From assembly GCA_003427395.1 (NCBI GenBank), contig BFEA01000005.1, forward strand, positions 2,159,288 through 2,223,287: DNA of 64,000 nt, given 5' to 3'. The notes beneath the pieces were generated by a model. That model was not told the DNA's origin, made no database searches, and was given only the letters and a program-made list of their open reading frames with translations. Source of the DNA: Chara braunii. Lineage: Eukaryota > Plantae > Charophyceae. The number at the start of each line of letters is the position of its first letter. Positions within the stretch are counted from its first letter, which is position 1. The translations under genes and the position numbers were made by a program. Shown here piece by piece: positions 1 through 13,068 of this stretch.

Positions 1-300
1 CGCTTCCCTTCGCCTCAAAGTGACCAGTAATGGTCGTAACTCGCCGTACGGACGATGGTTGCGAGATTTGCAGCGTCGGCAAACCTCGCATGACTCACAA
101 TAGCGTGTGACGTCGCCGAGAAGGCCACGCCACCAAAATCGCTCGTGAAGTCAGCCAATCGTGCGATTGACTCCAAAGTGTCCGGTGGCAAGAGCATCGT
201 GGAACTCGCCAAGAAGCCATGTACGCAAGTGAGGATCACTCGGTACGCAAAGGTCCTTCCCCTGCGTGTGGACAACTAAGTACCCCTCTTGGATCCGGTA
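1..300 (-). pseudogene. Integrase N-terminal HHCC zinc-binding region
   Basis: Alternative frame reads HDALATGHFGVNRTIG*LHERFWW...YCESCEVCRRCK...PYGELRPL. Confidence 0.85.
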
Positions 301-316
301 GTGAGAAGGCACCGGA

Positions 317-925
317 TTAGGAGAGGAGCAATTCGCGTACTTGTCGCAAAACTCGGGGTCGGCTTAGTAGCCGCGGATGAAGCTGTCCCGCAGGTCGTGG
401 TCGATCTCGAAGGTTGACCGCGGTACAATGATCCGGACACCGTGAAAGAGCATCCGCAAAACGGTTAGACTTCCCCAAAATGTGATCGCGAAAGAAGTCG
501 AACTGGTCGATGAAAGCCATCCATCGAGCGATGGTGCTGTTGACGGTGTCTTGGGTCTTGTAAAAGACCAACGGATTGTTGTTCGTTACCCATCGGAATT
601 GGCTTCGACCAAGGAGGAAGTGCCGCCACCGCTTGAGCGCGTGGACGAAGGCGAGGAGTTCCTTCTTGCGTGCATCGTCAATGGAGTGCACGACGGGCAC
701 TTTCTTGCTGAAATACTCGACCGGGTGCCAATCCACGCCATCGTGTTGCTCAAGGACGGCACCAATGCCATAGCCGGACGCATCCGTAGTGACGCGCGTA
801 GGCAAAAGCGGGTCGTATATGCGCAAGACCTCCGCAGATAATAGTGCGGCTTTGAGAACCAAAAATGATTCCCGCGCATCCTCTCCGAAGTCAAACGATC
901 GGTCCTTGCATTGAAGCTTGGTCAA
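317..925 (-). pseudogene. Gypsy RNase H domain
   Basis: TTDASGYGIGAVLEQ, KELLAFVHALKRWRHFLLG, NRFADALSR motifs. Confidence 0.93.
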
Positions 926-961
926 GTGGGCCTCGATCTTCGAGTAGCCCTTGATAAAACG

Positions 962-1560
962 CTAGTAGTAGCCGACGAGGCCAAGGAACGAGCGGACATC
1001 CGTGACGTTTCGTGGCTCCGGCCACTCGTGGATGGCTTGAATCTTGTCTAATAGCGAACTGATGCCCTCCGGTGTGACAAAATGACCCAAGTATTCCAGC
1101 TCTTGCCGGACAAATTCGCACTTCTCGTGGTTGGCCTTATACTTGGCGCGGCGGAGCGTCTCCAACACTCGTTGAAGGCGCTCAAGATGATCCTCCAATG
1201 ACCGGCTATAGACGAGAATATCGTCTAAGTAGACCAGCATGAACCGGTCCAACATTGCACGAAACTCGTTGGTCATTGCCGCTTGAAAGGTCGCCGGGGC
1301 GTTGGTGAGGCCAAAAAAAAACACCCACTCAAAATGCCCATACCGAGTCTTGAACGCAAATTTGTAACGATCGTTCGGTCGGATTGAGATTTGATTATAT
1401 CCCGACTTCAAATCCAACTTAGAAAAATACTTTGCGCCGCCCAATTGCTCAAGAAGATCGTCAATGCGAGGAAGAGGCCCCGCATTCTTGACGATATGTA
1501 CGTAAATGCTTGCGGTAGTCGATGCATAATCATAGATCTTTTTACTTCTTCCGTACGAAG
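962..1560 (-). pseudogene. Gypsy reverse transcriptase
   Basis: FSKLDLKSGYNQI, FGLTNAPATFQ, VYLDDILVYS, KCEF...YLGH. Confidence 0.95.
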
Positions 1561-4295
1561 AGATCTAGCGCTCCATATGGGGAGCTACTAGGGCGGATCC
1601 AGCCCTTGGCCAACAAGACGTCAAGTTGTGCGCGGAGGACCTCAAGCTCCTCCTCGCTCATCCGATAGATGCAACCTTTCGGCGGCACGGCACCGGCCTC
1701 AAGAATGATCTCGTGAGAGATCGACCGATCCGGCACCACACCGGTAGGTGACTCGAAGATGTCGGCGAACTCGTCCAGCAACCGCATCACCCGGGGGTCC
1801 GAAGACAAGTCCGTGGGTGAAGAGTCGGCTACCGCGACGGTCCGTAGGAAACATAGGCCGATTTCCTTGGGCTGCTCGTAAGCGCAAGTCGCCCGGAATG
1901 ATTTGACCGTCACCACTTGGCACCTAATCGAAGGTTGCGGAAGAGGAATAGTACACAACACTTTGGCGCCGAAGGCGTCACGAACGGTAAGAGTCCGCCG
2001 GTGGAAGTTGACCGTGTGATCCGCACTTGCAAGCCAAGGCATTCCCAGAATGATGTCGAAGTTCGTGTCCAAAATGTCGAACGTCACCGGTTCGCATGCA
2101 TGAGGTGCGAAATACACCGGTACGGCCTCGGTGTAGCGGTCGATAAGTTGCTGCGTCCTTCCGTCCGCCAACTTGATCGTCGTCGGGTTTGCCTTCCTTC
2201 GAACTTGTGCACCAAGGCCAGCCCTTTGCACAAAGGCTCGGCTCATAGAATTGCGAGATGCGCCGCTATCCAGCAAAGCGCTGCAGGACGCTTGCCCAAC
2301 TTGGATGCGGACATAGAGGAGCGGTGCGTTGTTGTCATCGTACCGCTGATTGCAAAACTTGCGGGCCACCCTGATAACATACACAAGGATGTCCCCCACC
2401 GCGACTTCGTCATCCGTCGACGAAGTTGGTGGTGCATGGAAGGATAAGTACGTGTGGAGATGAGCGCATAGTGTTGCACATTGCGGTCCCGACAATCGGC
2501 CCGTGGTCGGGAGAGGAAGCCACGCAAAGTCCTCGGATGTGAGCGGGTCCAATACCTCTATGTTGAACTCGCGCGCCAAATCCCGTGAAGAACCACTTGA
2601 AGACAATAAGTTGTCGCTGCCGGACGGAGAAGATGCCGCACACACGTCTTGTCCTTGAGTTTGACTACCCAGCGTAGGAACAAGCCGGGCAGCATAGTCC
2701 TCGAAAGAATAAAGAAGAGGACTATCGACTTCCACATGTGCCTCGGAACGAAGGGCGGTCACCCACGAAGTGACCGGTTCCGAAGGCGTCGAGAGTGTCA
2801 TCGAGTCACTCCCGTGGTGCTCAGTTTCCCGATTTGCCCTTGCCTTTCGACGGGCAGGCCACTGTCTCATGGAGATCGTTGTTGCACCATAGGCAATAGT
2901 GAAATCTCGTGAGTGCTTTGAATGCTTGCTCGGAGAGACCATATTGGGACCATGGGGCTGGAGCTGCTGCACCGGGCCTGGGGCTAGATGCGGTGTTTGT
3001 CTTCGCCTTGTCCCGTCCTCGGCCTTTGCCGGGGCGGCTGCGAGTTTGTCCCCTTCATTTGCAGACACGGCCTCGCTGGTTTGGTCAAGCAGCGTTGCCG
3101 CCGCGACCACGGCCACTTTCGACCGATGCTGATCTCTGCTCGGGCCTGCCGCGGACGGACGCAGGTTCTTAGCCTCCTTGTTCGTGACAATAATGTGTGC
3201 GGCCTTGTCAAATAGTTCCGCCGTTGTCGTCAGAGTGTCCTCGACATGAGTCAAGGCATTGCTCAATGTCGGACACGACCTTGAGATAAAATAGTGGCGG
3301 ATGGCTTTGAAGCCCATTTGAATGTCTGGGACGGATGTCAAGCGTTGGTACTTGGCAATCCAGTCGGTACTCGGCAGCGTGCCTTGTCCGAAGCCCATTA
3401 GCTTGTCCATTGCCTTGATCTCCGGCGGCTCTACTTGGAACCGCTTGTGCCATGCCGCCTTTAGATCATCCCAGCTGATCTTGGTGTGCAAGTCTGCAGC
3501 AACCACCCCGTACTTGGACAAGAGATTGTCCATCCAGGCTTGACATGCGCCTCCCGACCGGGAGTATAAGTATGCGTGGTGGTTGTATTCTTTGACGAGA
3601 TGGAGCTGCAACGTGAGTTCAAACTTGCGGAACCACGGAACCGGGTCCGTCTTCGTCAAATCGCAGAAGATCTCTTGTCCATCGAACTTTGGAGTTGACT
3701 CCCGCTGTCCCGAAGTTGGGTTGGCGGCTGCAGCACAGATGCGCTGCTCCAACTGTTGCGTCGGGGTGTGCTATAACTGCACGTCGTCCTTGAGGGATCC
3801 GACGTCCATCTCCAAAGCCTCGAGGCGATCGGAGGTGTTGGAGGAGCTAGCAACGGGGGCGGCGATGGTTTGTTCCATCTGCTGGAGGCGGTTATCGAAC
3901 GCCCATTTGTGTTGTTGAACTATGTCGTTGAGGTTGTCGATGTCCTCCTACTGTGCAATGCACGTGGTTAGGAGGTCCGTGAGATGGGAGAGGAGTAGAG
4001 CGATCTTGTTTTCACTCTCCTCCATCGTTCCATTCTCGGCCTCTGTCCACCATTCTGCTGCAATTGTGAGCAAGGCTCGATCTCTCCCGAATATCTTCTC
4101 GCGTCGTTGAATTCGTTCTTCATCGGCAGCCCTTGCTGCTGGCTCGTCTTGCTGGCGCTGTTGTTCCATTGCCAACAGACGTGCCTTCTCGGCATCTTCT
4201 GCCTTCTCGGCATCTTCTGCCTTCTTCTTTGTTGCGGTTGCTGTGTCATCCGCCCGTTTCTTGGTTTCGGTACTCCAAGCCAAAGCACAACCCAA
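1542..4295 (-). pseudogene. gag (coiled-coil N-terminus, capsid, CCHC knuckle) plus aspartic protease
   Basis: 736-aa ORF with retrotransposon gag region, protease LLDSGASRN and FDIILGMPWL; knuckle CLWCNNDLHETVAC in a shifted frame near 2850-2900; EK-rich ORF at 3948-4295. Confidence 0.88.
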
Positions 4296-5229
4296 AGCAG
4301 CTATGGCTGCTCCAGCTCAGGCCGCCATGCCTGACTCTGCCTCAAAGCTTTTTGGTGTAGCTCTACCCCAGTTGGGGTCTTCTTGCTGCAGCGCCCACCT
4401 AGGTGATGAAGATGGTTGCCACTATAGACTAGTAAGTACATCTAGCGCTCCCCCTTCCTCCGGCTCTTCTTTCTCCTCCGTGTCCTTGCTCCTTCCCCAG
4501 CAGCGCTGCTCCAGCCAGCGCTCCAACCAGTGTGTCGCCAAACTTGCACACCGACAATGAGGCTGGGCTCTTCACTCAGTCTGGAGATATAGTGGTCTGC
4601 TTGCCTCTTGGGCGGTGACTTCCAGGCCGCTCCGCCTTCCAAGCAACCAGTACCTCCTCCCTTTCGTAGGGAAAAATCATTGCAGACTCTGATATTGCCC
4701 GTACAGGCCCTAGACTCAGACTAGTTGGACTGGTACCCGCCTAGACCTAGTCTCCAACTATTGGGCCTCTCAAAATGCCACTTCTGTCTTCTTCTGCTCG
4801 GCCTCCGGTGCCCAGCACATCTACCTCCTGTGTGTCTTTTTAACGGNNNNNNNNNNNNNNNNNNNNNNNNNNNNNNNNNNNNNNNNNNNNNNNNNNNNNN
4901 NNNNNNNNNNNNNNNNNNNNNNNNNNNNNNNNNNNNNNNNNNNNNNNNNNNNNNNNNNNNNNNNNNNNNNNNNNNNNNNNNNNNNNNNNNNNNNNNNNNN
5001 NNNNNNNNNNNNNNNNNNNNNNNNNNNNNNNNNNNNNNNNNNNNNNNNNNNNNNNNNNNNNNNNNNNNNNNNNNNNNNNNNNNNNNNNNNNNNNNNNNNN
5101 NNNNNNNNNNNNNNNNNNNNNNNNNNNNNNNNNNNNNNNNNNNNNNNNNNNNNNNNNNNNNNNNNNNNNNNNNNNNNNNNNNNNNNNNNNNNNNNNNNNN
5201 NNNNNNCATCCCCCAACCCCCAACGCCCC

Positions 5230-5380
5230 AGTTATGTGTGTGTAGGTGTGCTGTGTGTGCACGTATGTGTGTATGTGTGTGCCTGCGCATGAGAGTGTGT
5301 TTGTGCATGAATATGAATGTATGCGCGTGTGTTTGTGTATGAGTGTGTTTGTAAGTGCGTGTGTGTGTGTGTGTCTGTGC
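5230..5380. repeat. Degenerate (TG)n microsatellite
   Basis: Visible in sequence. Confidence 0.85.
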
Positions 5381-5854
5381 ATGATTGTTGGCAAGTGTCC
5401 ATTGTTTCCCTTTTGAGGGATAGAGTTTTTCCCCGTTGAAAACTGGGGGCGGGCGATATGGGTTTGGGCGGGCGATTTGGGTCTGTGTTTTTTCTTTTTT
5501 TCTCTTCTACTGCATCTTCCCAGAAATACAGTATTCAAGCATTCTGCTGTTTGTTACCAAGTAACAAAATCTAGAACGGACTGCCATGCCTCGTTGGCAG
5601 GGCTTGCTAAGAAAAGAAAAGGAAAAAAAAACGTACTTACCTTTGCCACGAGAGCTGTGGACTCCACTCTGACCAAATGTTCAAAACGAGCATGAATCTG
5701 GTAGAACATAGGTGGATACACTGCTAGTAGTTTAGAGCTTGAAATGCCATTTTTCCTGGCCGCGAGTGGGCCGGCACAACCCTCAGTAGCTTGCTATTCG
5801 TTTTTCAGGTTTTTTTTTTCTTTTCTTTTTTTTCCCTCTTGCGATCAAAGAATC

Positions 5855-6225
5855 TGGGCTCCGTCCAGCTGCCTAGCTCAGTTGATTAGGCACACAAGTG
5901 ACATTCAGGAGGTTGTGGGTTCAATCCCCGCCTATGGCACTCTCGATGCCAACCAACTGAGATAGTCAGCTGGATGCTCCCAGTCTGTATCAGTAAGGTC
6001 TTCAGCCAACACGGCTGGGAGGCACCCTTTGTCCCTACTATCCTACCTCAGTGTGACCAGCACTGAGGACCATCACCCTACCAGTATTGAGGGCAACTTG
6101 GACCACATAGCAGTGACAAGCACCAGGGTTGGGCCAGCCTCCCAGCCCTAATAGAAACGGAGGCGGACGAACCATGTCGTACGGTAACTTCGGACGCCAG
6201 ACTCATGCAATCTGCTACAGGCCCA
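5855..6225 (+). mobile_element. Short element with a tRNA-like Pol III head (SINE or small solo LTR)
   Basis: A box TAGCTCAGTTGATT at 5874 and B box GGTTCAATCCC near 5918; T-arm present but acceptor stem unpaired; bounded by TGGGC...GCCCA. Confidence 0.55.
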
Positions 6226-6359
6226 ATTCTGTGTGTGTGTGTCTTTTTTTCCTTTTTTTATTTGCTTTTTATGGTTTTGATTTTTTTTTTAAATACACGA
6301 AGTTCTAAAAAAAAAAAAAAAAANNNNNNNNNNNNNNNNNNNNNNNNNNNNNNNNNNNT

Positions 6360-7347
6360 TGCAGCATTACCCGCCCTAAGTGAAGGCGGAGGTGCCCGCC
6401 CTAAGTGAAGGCGGGCCTGGCTTTTTGCAAAAGGCCCTCGACTGTCAATTTCATATTTGGGGTCCAGGCAGTTGCAACGCGCCAGTTGGTTGAAAGAAAC
6501 ACAGGCCGAGCAACATAGACATTTCCACGGCCTACCAGGCCTTTCCAAAGAATGCAGGCCCTGGGCTTGATTTGCAGCCTCATACAGAGACAGTTGGGCG
6601 CCCAACCGAACGAGGCCCAGCAGCCCAGTAGCTGCTGCATCCAGGCAGCCTCCTGGGGCCTTCCGGAAGCTTCTGGGCCCAGGCCAGCCCAGCCAGGCTG
6701 TGAGAGCTGGCCAGCTCTTTTCCATAAAGGAAAGAGCTCGGCCCTGGCTGCCTCATTCGGGCACTCGCATGCTAGCGGCAGCGCTGCTGGAGCAAAGGCT
6801 CGCGGCTGCTGGCTGGCGCTGAGAGGCGAGGTGCAGCACGTGCGGTCGTGCAGAGGAGGAGGGCGCTGCTGAGGGCAGCGCCATAGCCCAGCCACCATAG
6901 CTGGTGGGCTTGGACTACAGTGAAGCGCAGGGGTGATCTTCGAGTGAGAGAGAGGACAGGTGTGGGTGTAGTCAGGGGATAGGTGAATGATGATGATGAT
7001 GATGATGATGTGAGGGCACTTACCTTGTATTGGCGATGGTCTGCATGGGCGACATCTTCAAGTACTTCGGGCTGCCGCTAATGTCAACAGTTGCATTGTC
7101 TTTTTGTAGTCTGTAGTAGCTGTGTAGAAGTAGGCTGGGCGCTGAGCGCCAAGTGTGAGTGTGAAGGAACTGGACTGTGTTGAGAGGAGAGAGTGTGCTC
7201 TCCATGAACATTGGTTTTCAGTGCTACAAACCTCCATTGGTGTATTATTGGTGCAATGCTGCTATCTGGACACGGTGTGACTACTTGACTTTCAATGTCA
7301 TGGTGTGATCTGGAATTGTCATCTCGCTGTTACTTATTTTCCTTGCA
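6360..7347 (+). mobile_element. Solo LTR (~1 kb) related to the LTR of element 3
   Basis: TGCA...TGCA ends; both ends match the reverse complement of 13069-14092 (gccctaagtgaaggc; caggcagttgc...cgccagttggttgaaag; terminal ttccttgca). Confidence 0.72.
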
Positions 7348-8467
7348 ATTGTGTGAAACCCAAAAAAAAAAACACTCATTCCATTTTAGTTTTTGTTTTT
7401 TTCATTGTGTGTTTATGTTTTTTATTTTAAAAAAATCTATTTAAACATCAAAAAATAAAAATAAAAATACAGGATTGTAGTCATCAAAACAACCTACAAC
7501 CCCATTTTTTTTTTGGATAATTTTTAGCCCAGGAAAAAAATCATCGCGGACCCCGTTAATTCACGTCCAATGCGCGTTTGAACGGGAGTTTAACGTGAAT
7601 TCAACGTGCGTTGAATTTTTCAACGCGGAACCCGCCTTGAATTCAAAATTGGACACACAGTCTACCTCTGCAGGGTGTGGTACCGGCCTACCCGCTACTT
7701 GAGTGTTTCCCCGCTGCTTCAAGTGTTGTGGGCCTCTTCCCCCGCCACTTGAGTGTTTTCCGTGCTGCAGACCTCAATGTCACGGCCACAGGTAAGTACC
7801 GACCCTGAGGGCCCAACGAACGAACAAGTGCCCTTGCGGGTCACACACACACACTCGAGCCAACCAGCACTCAGACGGTCATGCAGACCAGCAAGCGTGC
7901 ACACACAAACATGTAGAACTTAGTAGCAAGCGGGAAACTCAGCAAGGCATTCAGTCCATAAGCAAAACTCATAAATCAACTGTGTGTCTAAGTCCGTGTT
8001 TGGTCGGGTCATCACGTCCCTCTTTCTTGGGGACAAATAGAATAGGTGTGCCAAAAGGAGACGAACTGGGAATAATCCATCCTTTTTCGAGGAGCTTGTC
8101 AAACTGCTTGCACAGCTCCTCCAATTCCTTGGGAAACATTTTGTAAACTGCTCCCTTAGGCGTTGTACTACCAGCCTCTATCTCTATGGGGAATGGGTCT
8201 TGGCATTACTCCTGAGGGTGTCTCCGATAAATTTTGGTACTTTTTCAGCAAATTGGCAATAGTGGGATGGATCCCTTTCTCCTCCTTTGTCTGCTCAGAA
8301 ATTGGCTTAACATAAGCTATGAACACTTGTTCCTCCAGCTACTCCTTTCTAACAAGTCTGGCGAATGCAAGAGCACTAACGCAGCAATGCGCCAGGGAGT
8401 TGTCGACTCTTGACGCATGGAATAGGCGTGCTTTCTTGACCCCACCTAACGGATTAGGGAGCCTGCA

Positions 8468-8839
8468 CTAGTGCTCTCTAAGGTGCAAAGGAGCCTCAGC
8501 TGCCTCTCCCCAATCCGTTCCAAGCAATATGTCAAAAGGGAGGTTCTCTTCTGCGAGGAGAATCAAGGAGCGGAGGACTTTTTCTACCTTCCCTTCTTGC
8601 TCTAGGTGAAAATACGCCTGGACTCCCTCTACATATTCCTCTACCTGCATTGTACGGTTATCTGCGAGGATGCTGACTACAGGCTCTTTCGACTTTTGGA
8701 CCTTGAGGCCTAGCCTCAACTTCTTCAGCGCCTTACAACTGATGGAACTTCTGGTGGCCCCACTGTCTATAAGGGCCCCTACTGTAGCTCTAAAAATCTC
8801 TACGTCTGCTAATAGGAGCTGCCCCTTTCCATCCTTCAT
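8468..8839 (-). pseudogene. Retroviral-type aspartic protease
   Basis: ALIDSGATRS and PFDILLGTDW motifs. Confidence 0.88.
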
Positions 8840-8851
8840 CTTGGCTTATGT

Positions 8852-9172
8852 CTGCCTCCTTTCCTTCAATTTTTCAACCAAGCATGCGAGGGAAGCGCCT
8901 AGAGAGACTCTAACACAAGCAGTCTTTGGGAAGCTAGCTAGGAGTTGGCAAGCAACCTTTGCCATGGAGACATTTGGAGTGGGAGTTTCTGTCTTGCGCG
9001 CACGCTCATCTCCGCCTACCTCCTTTCCTTCAATTCTTCATCCAAGCATGTGAGGGAAGCGCCTAGAGAGACTCTAACACAAGCAGTTTTTGGGCAGCTA
9101 GCCAGGCGCTGGCAAGCAACCTTTGCCATGGAGACATGTGGAGCGGGAGTTTCTGTCTTGCATGCACGCTCA
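8852..9172. repeat. Tandem duplication, 2 x ~164 bp, upstream of the protease
   Basis: gagggaagcgcctagagagactctaacacaagcag... occurs twice. Confidence 0.9.
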
Positions 9173-10910
9173 TTTCCACACACTCCTATGGCAGGGGCAA
9201 ATGGTACCCCCACGTTTTGCTGCCCCAAATGCAGCATTGCAGAACCCCCTACACCTCGGGCAAAACTTGATGATGTGCGCAGGGTAGCCACAGAACGCGC
9301 ACTGGTACTTATCAATGCGGTCCTGCCAGACATTCTGATCAACATTAAGGGTTTCCCAAAGCCTGCCTTCAAGCCGTCCAAGATGTCATGCACCCCTTCT
9401 GGGAGGTGATCGACTGGGACTAGTTCAGTTAGTGAGGGGACCTTGACACCTTCCTCCCACTTCGTGGTCTCTATTGCCGCCAACCCTCGGTCGCCTCGTC
9501 CACGACCACCCGAGGCCTGCCCACCCGTGCCTTGGCCTCTTCCTCCTCCTTGTGGCCTCCCTCCGGCCACGACAGCAGCGTAGGAACTCCCCAGCTGTAC
9601 CCTATTGTCCTCCTCTAACCCCCACTCTATATATGTGTACAACACCTCTTCTAGACCACCTCCTTCCATTGTTAGCATAAGACTATGCTTGGCCATAATC
9701 TAACCAAAGATGGTGTTGCCTTTCCACTTTTTGCCCTTCGCTAAGTCCTTATGCCAGAAAGTAATCACTGGTATAGCTTGGGCGGCAAGTAGGTCGTACG
9801 TTATCCCTTACTGTTACCTTTCTGCGAAAAATGGCCTTGCACTTGCTTGGGCAGCGCGTGGTAAAAGAGTTGAATAAGTTGTGTTTCCGTCACTCCATGC
9901 CCGAGCACAATATTAAGCTCACCCATAGCAGCTTTTAGGGTGTGTACACTCCACCATTGTCGCGTATGGATCATCTGGACCTTGTCAGACGCCCTTATCC
10001 CACTTGTGACGTTTGCGAAGCGTTCTTGCAGTGCAGCGGTAAAATTGTTAAACCACCAGTACCTCCTGAAAGTGCTCCGCGTTAACGGGCATGGATTTTG
10101 GGATGAACGGGCTTGGGCCGGTAGGGCAGATTCAGCCAAGTGGAAACGGCACAATTTCCACTTTTGGCTGGTCGTTAACGCGGAGCACTTTCAGGAGGTA
10201 CTAGTGGTTTAAGGTGGGTGTTGGCAGAATAAGCAGCCATGTCATTTTCACAGTGGGCTGTGCGTGCGAGCGACCTAGCAAAACTAGTCGCTTCGTCTCT
10301 CAAAGCCTAGAAGGTTTTTCAAAACATGGTCCTCGGGAGCTACGTCCTGCAAATGCATGTAGGACTTAACATTGGCTTCCCAATTGTCAAAGTCCTCCCC
10401 CTTCTTTCCGCTGTATGGCTCGAGGAAACAAACCTTGACCCTTTCTCGACAGGGTCGGACCTCTTCTTCCTTGGGGGCCGCTATTCTGGCACCCTCTATT
10501 GCGCCTTCTTCTTCAACTTTTTTTTTTTCTTCTTCTTCTTTTTTTTCTTCTTTTTCTTCTTCTTCTTATGCCTCCACAGCACTCAACTTCGCCTCTTGCT
10601 CCTTCCATTTTTCCATTGCCTCCTCTATCTGCTTCTTCTTTGTTGATGCTTTTTCCAGCAGGGCCAATTTCTTGGCTTGTCGTATCAGCTCCTTCTTCTT
10701 CATCGTCTCCCTCTTTTCGCGAAGAATTGCAGCAGCTCTCTCCTCATGTGCCTTACTATATACAAGGTTGTGCTGGTTCCGGTCCTGGTGGTCACCATGT
10801 TGTTAGGGGCACAGTCACTGATTATTCCACTCCTCAACACGTAGACCTCACCTCTAGACTTTGACTTCTACAGAACTACAGAGGTCTCTCCTCCGCTTCA
10901 GCCAGTTTAC

Positions 10911-11078
10911 CACAGCCTTCGGATGCTTTCCCAACCACAGTTACCAATCTTTCCACAGTCGTGGGATGCTTCCGCAACCATAGTCACCAATCTTTCCACA
11001 GCCGTCGGATGCTTTCGCACCCACAATCACCAATCTTTCCACAGTCGTTGGATGCTTTCACAACCACAGCCACCAATC
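10911..11078. repeat. Tandem repeat, ~4 x 43 bp, in the element-2 leader
   Basis: cacagYcNtNggatgcttYc...accaatctttc repeated. Confidence 0.85.
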
Positions 11079-11977
11079 CCACCTGGCTTTAGCTTCAGAT
11101 TGACTCTCTGTCAACTACATGATTTTACTGCTAGTCTGTCACTACATAACTATTGGCTGATCAAGAGGCATTTTAAGGAGATCACCCACAACTCCTCAGG
11201 AATTCTTTAACGTCGCAGTCAGGACGGCGATCACAGCCAAAGTCCTCTCAAGACTTAGACAGGTTGGACACCCGCTCTGCGGCTCGGAGTTCGGGTATAG
11301 TGTACTGCCCAAAGCAACCTGCCGGTTTGTACCAATCCTTAGGGTGTTTTCCCAGGTCGTCCAGCGTCAGATACACCTCACCCCTACTAAGTCTCGTGCA
11401 AACACTGGCTCACAGCCTCCATCAGACCACATCCACAGAGTCCATCGACATGGACAGGAGTGACTCAATGCAGAAAGAGATGACACTCTTCAGCAAGTAC
11501 CAAGGTGAGCGCGCAACATCCACAGCGCATAAGGACGGGGGCTAGGGCTTGAAGAGATTATACCGCACTCCAGCGTGGTCAACGGCACTGGTCAACGCTC
11601 GTCACTCAACGTCGATCAACCCCTGGTCAAACCTTGTCGGTCAATGCTTGTTGGTCAACGTTCATCGGTCAACACTTGGCTACAGCGGCTTTCTCCTCCC
11701 TTCGTCACCTTCGTCGATTTCGCCCTCCTTCTTCCTTTGTTTGGTTATGACCTTCTCCCCTCATCTTCGTCACCTCTCTCTCTCTCTCCCTTCCTTTCTT
11801 TCTCGTCAACTCCTACTCTCGCGGTGGTCTTCTCCTTCCTCCGAGCTTGGCGGCTATGGCCACCGTCCGCTATGGCGGACTGTCTCTTTCGGGCATCCCT
11901 CTCCCTCTCTCTCGCGCGTCGATTTTCTTCTTTGTCGCAGCGACGCAGCGATCGGCGCAATGGCGTGGACAACGGGA

Positions 11978-11993
11978 ATCAGATTCGATACCA
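11978..11993 (-). promoter_or_regulatory. Putative primer binding site (degenerate tRNAi-Met type)
   Basis: TGGTATC on - strand, 1 nt from a TGCA LTR-like end at 11995; only 7 nt match the canonical TGGTATCAGAGC. Confidence 0.5.
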
Positions 11994-13068
11994 GTGCAAT
12001 CAGACTTGTCTCAATTTCACTTGCAGCATGCATACATGTAGGTACTGATGGCAAAACAACTTCGTCAACTCAGAATCAACAACAAGTTTGTGATCGCGCA
12101 CTGCGCCCACACAGAAAACTCATAAATATGGCCTTACACCAGAAACTCGGCAACTTGTCACATCTAGCAGCTATGGCGACTGAGTACTGGTCTAAATTCC
12201 CTTTTCAACACAGTCTCCACCATCAGGCACTCTCACGCTACTCACGCACATGCACACACGCCTAGGATCTACCCTGAATGTCCACGCACACACACACACA
12301 CGTTCTATCTGTCGACGTCAGCAACTGGGGGGCTATGGCCGCCGTCGTCTTCCTCCTCCACTAGCGGCTATGGCCACTCGCCCTCTTCCACGTCGGGCAC
12401 CTGCAGACCTCCAACGCACAAGTCGCATAAGCAGCCCTTCCGCATGGCTCACACGCGAATGAATGAATGGCTTGGTGCTGCCTCTTTTCGTCGGTGGTTT
12501 GGCCTGCCTCCGATCCCAAGCCCAAGGAGAGTGTGCAGCCCCACCTGGTACTTGCTGACTAGACAAGGTGGACTGGGGCTTTCGACTGGGACTGCTGACT
12601 AGGCTAGGACTAGACTCTACCTTGCTGACTCAGCTACAGCGACTAACCCTTACAGCTCCGAAGAGCCAAGAAGTAGCTTCTACACTGACCCTTCGCTACA
12701 CTTAGCACTAACCTATAGGACTGACCCTAAGACTACTAACTCTAAGGTCTTCGGCTCAAGTCCACACAACCCAGACTATATAAGTAAAACATTTGTACAC
12801 GAGTTGAGGGAGTTGAGGGACAGGTTGCGGGTTCAAAGCACATGTAGGGTCAACGGGTAACTGTACAGGGGTACGGATGGTCTAGGGATCGAGCCCTGGG
12901 ATCCACAATGTCGCGCAAACTGAGTCCTTTGCCCTGAAGATTCTCAAATAAAGCCAGCCCTGCTCTGCCCTGAGATTCTGAAAAAAAAATAGCCCCGCTT
13001 TGCCCTGAGGGCCTACTCACACAAGGGGGGCTTTCGTGAAAGAGCATCCGCAAATTTTGTGATGGTTT

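Larger units (their letters stand above)
1..4700 (-). mobile_element. Degenerate Ty3/Gypsy LTR retrotransposon (element 1), gag-PR-RT-RH-IN, running off the left edge of the window
   Basis: Gypsy domain order on - strand; frameshifts and stops throughout; LTR and PBS not resolved (gap at 4847-5206); right boundary approximate. Confidence 0.93.
7980..12770 (-). mobile_element. Truncated Ty3/Gypsy element (element 2): putative 5' LTR, PBS, gag, protease, start of RT
   Basis: gag remnant 9801-10154, KE-rich N-terminus 10330-10800, protease 8468-8839, pol breaks off at FVPKKEG near 8020; outer LTR boundary uncertain. Confidence 0.8.

Noticed and set aside
1542-3752. Intact 736-aa gag-pol protein
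   Set aside because: The zinc knuckle is out of frame, so the ORF is a product of compensating indels, and downstream pol is broken
5867-5940. Functional tRNA gene
   Set aside because: Acceptor and anticodon stems do not pair; only the A/B boxes and T-arm remain
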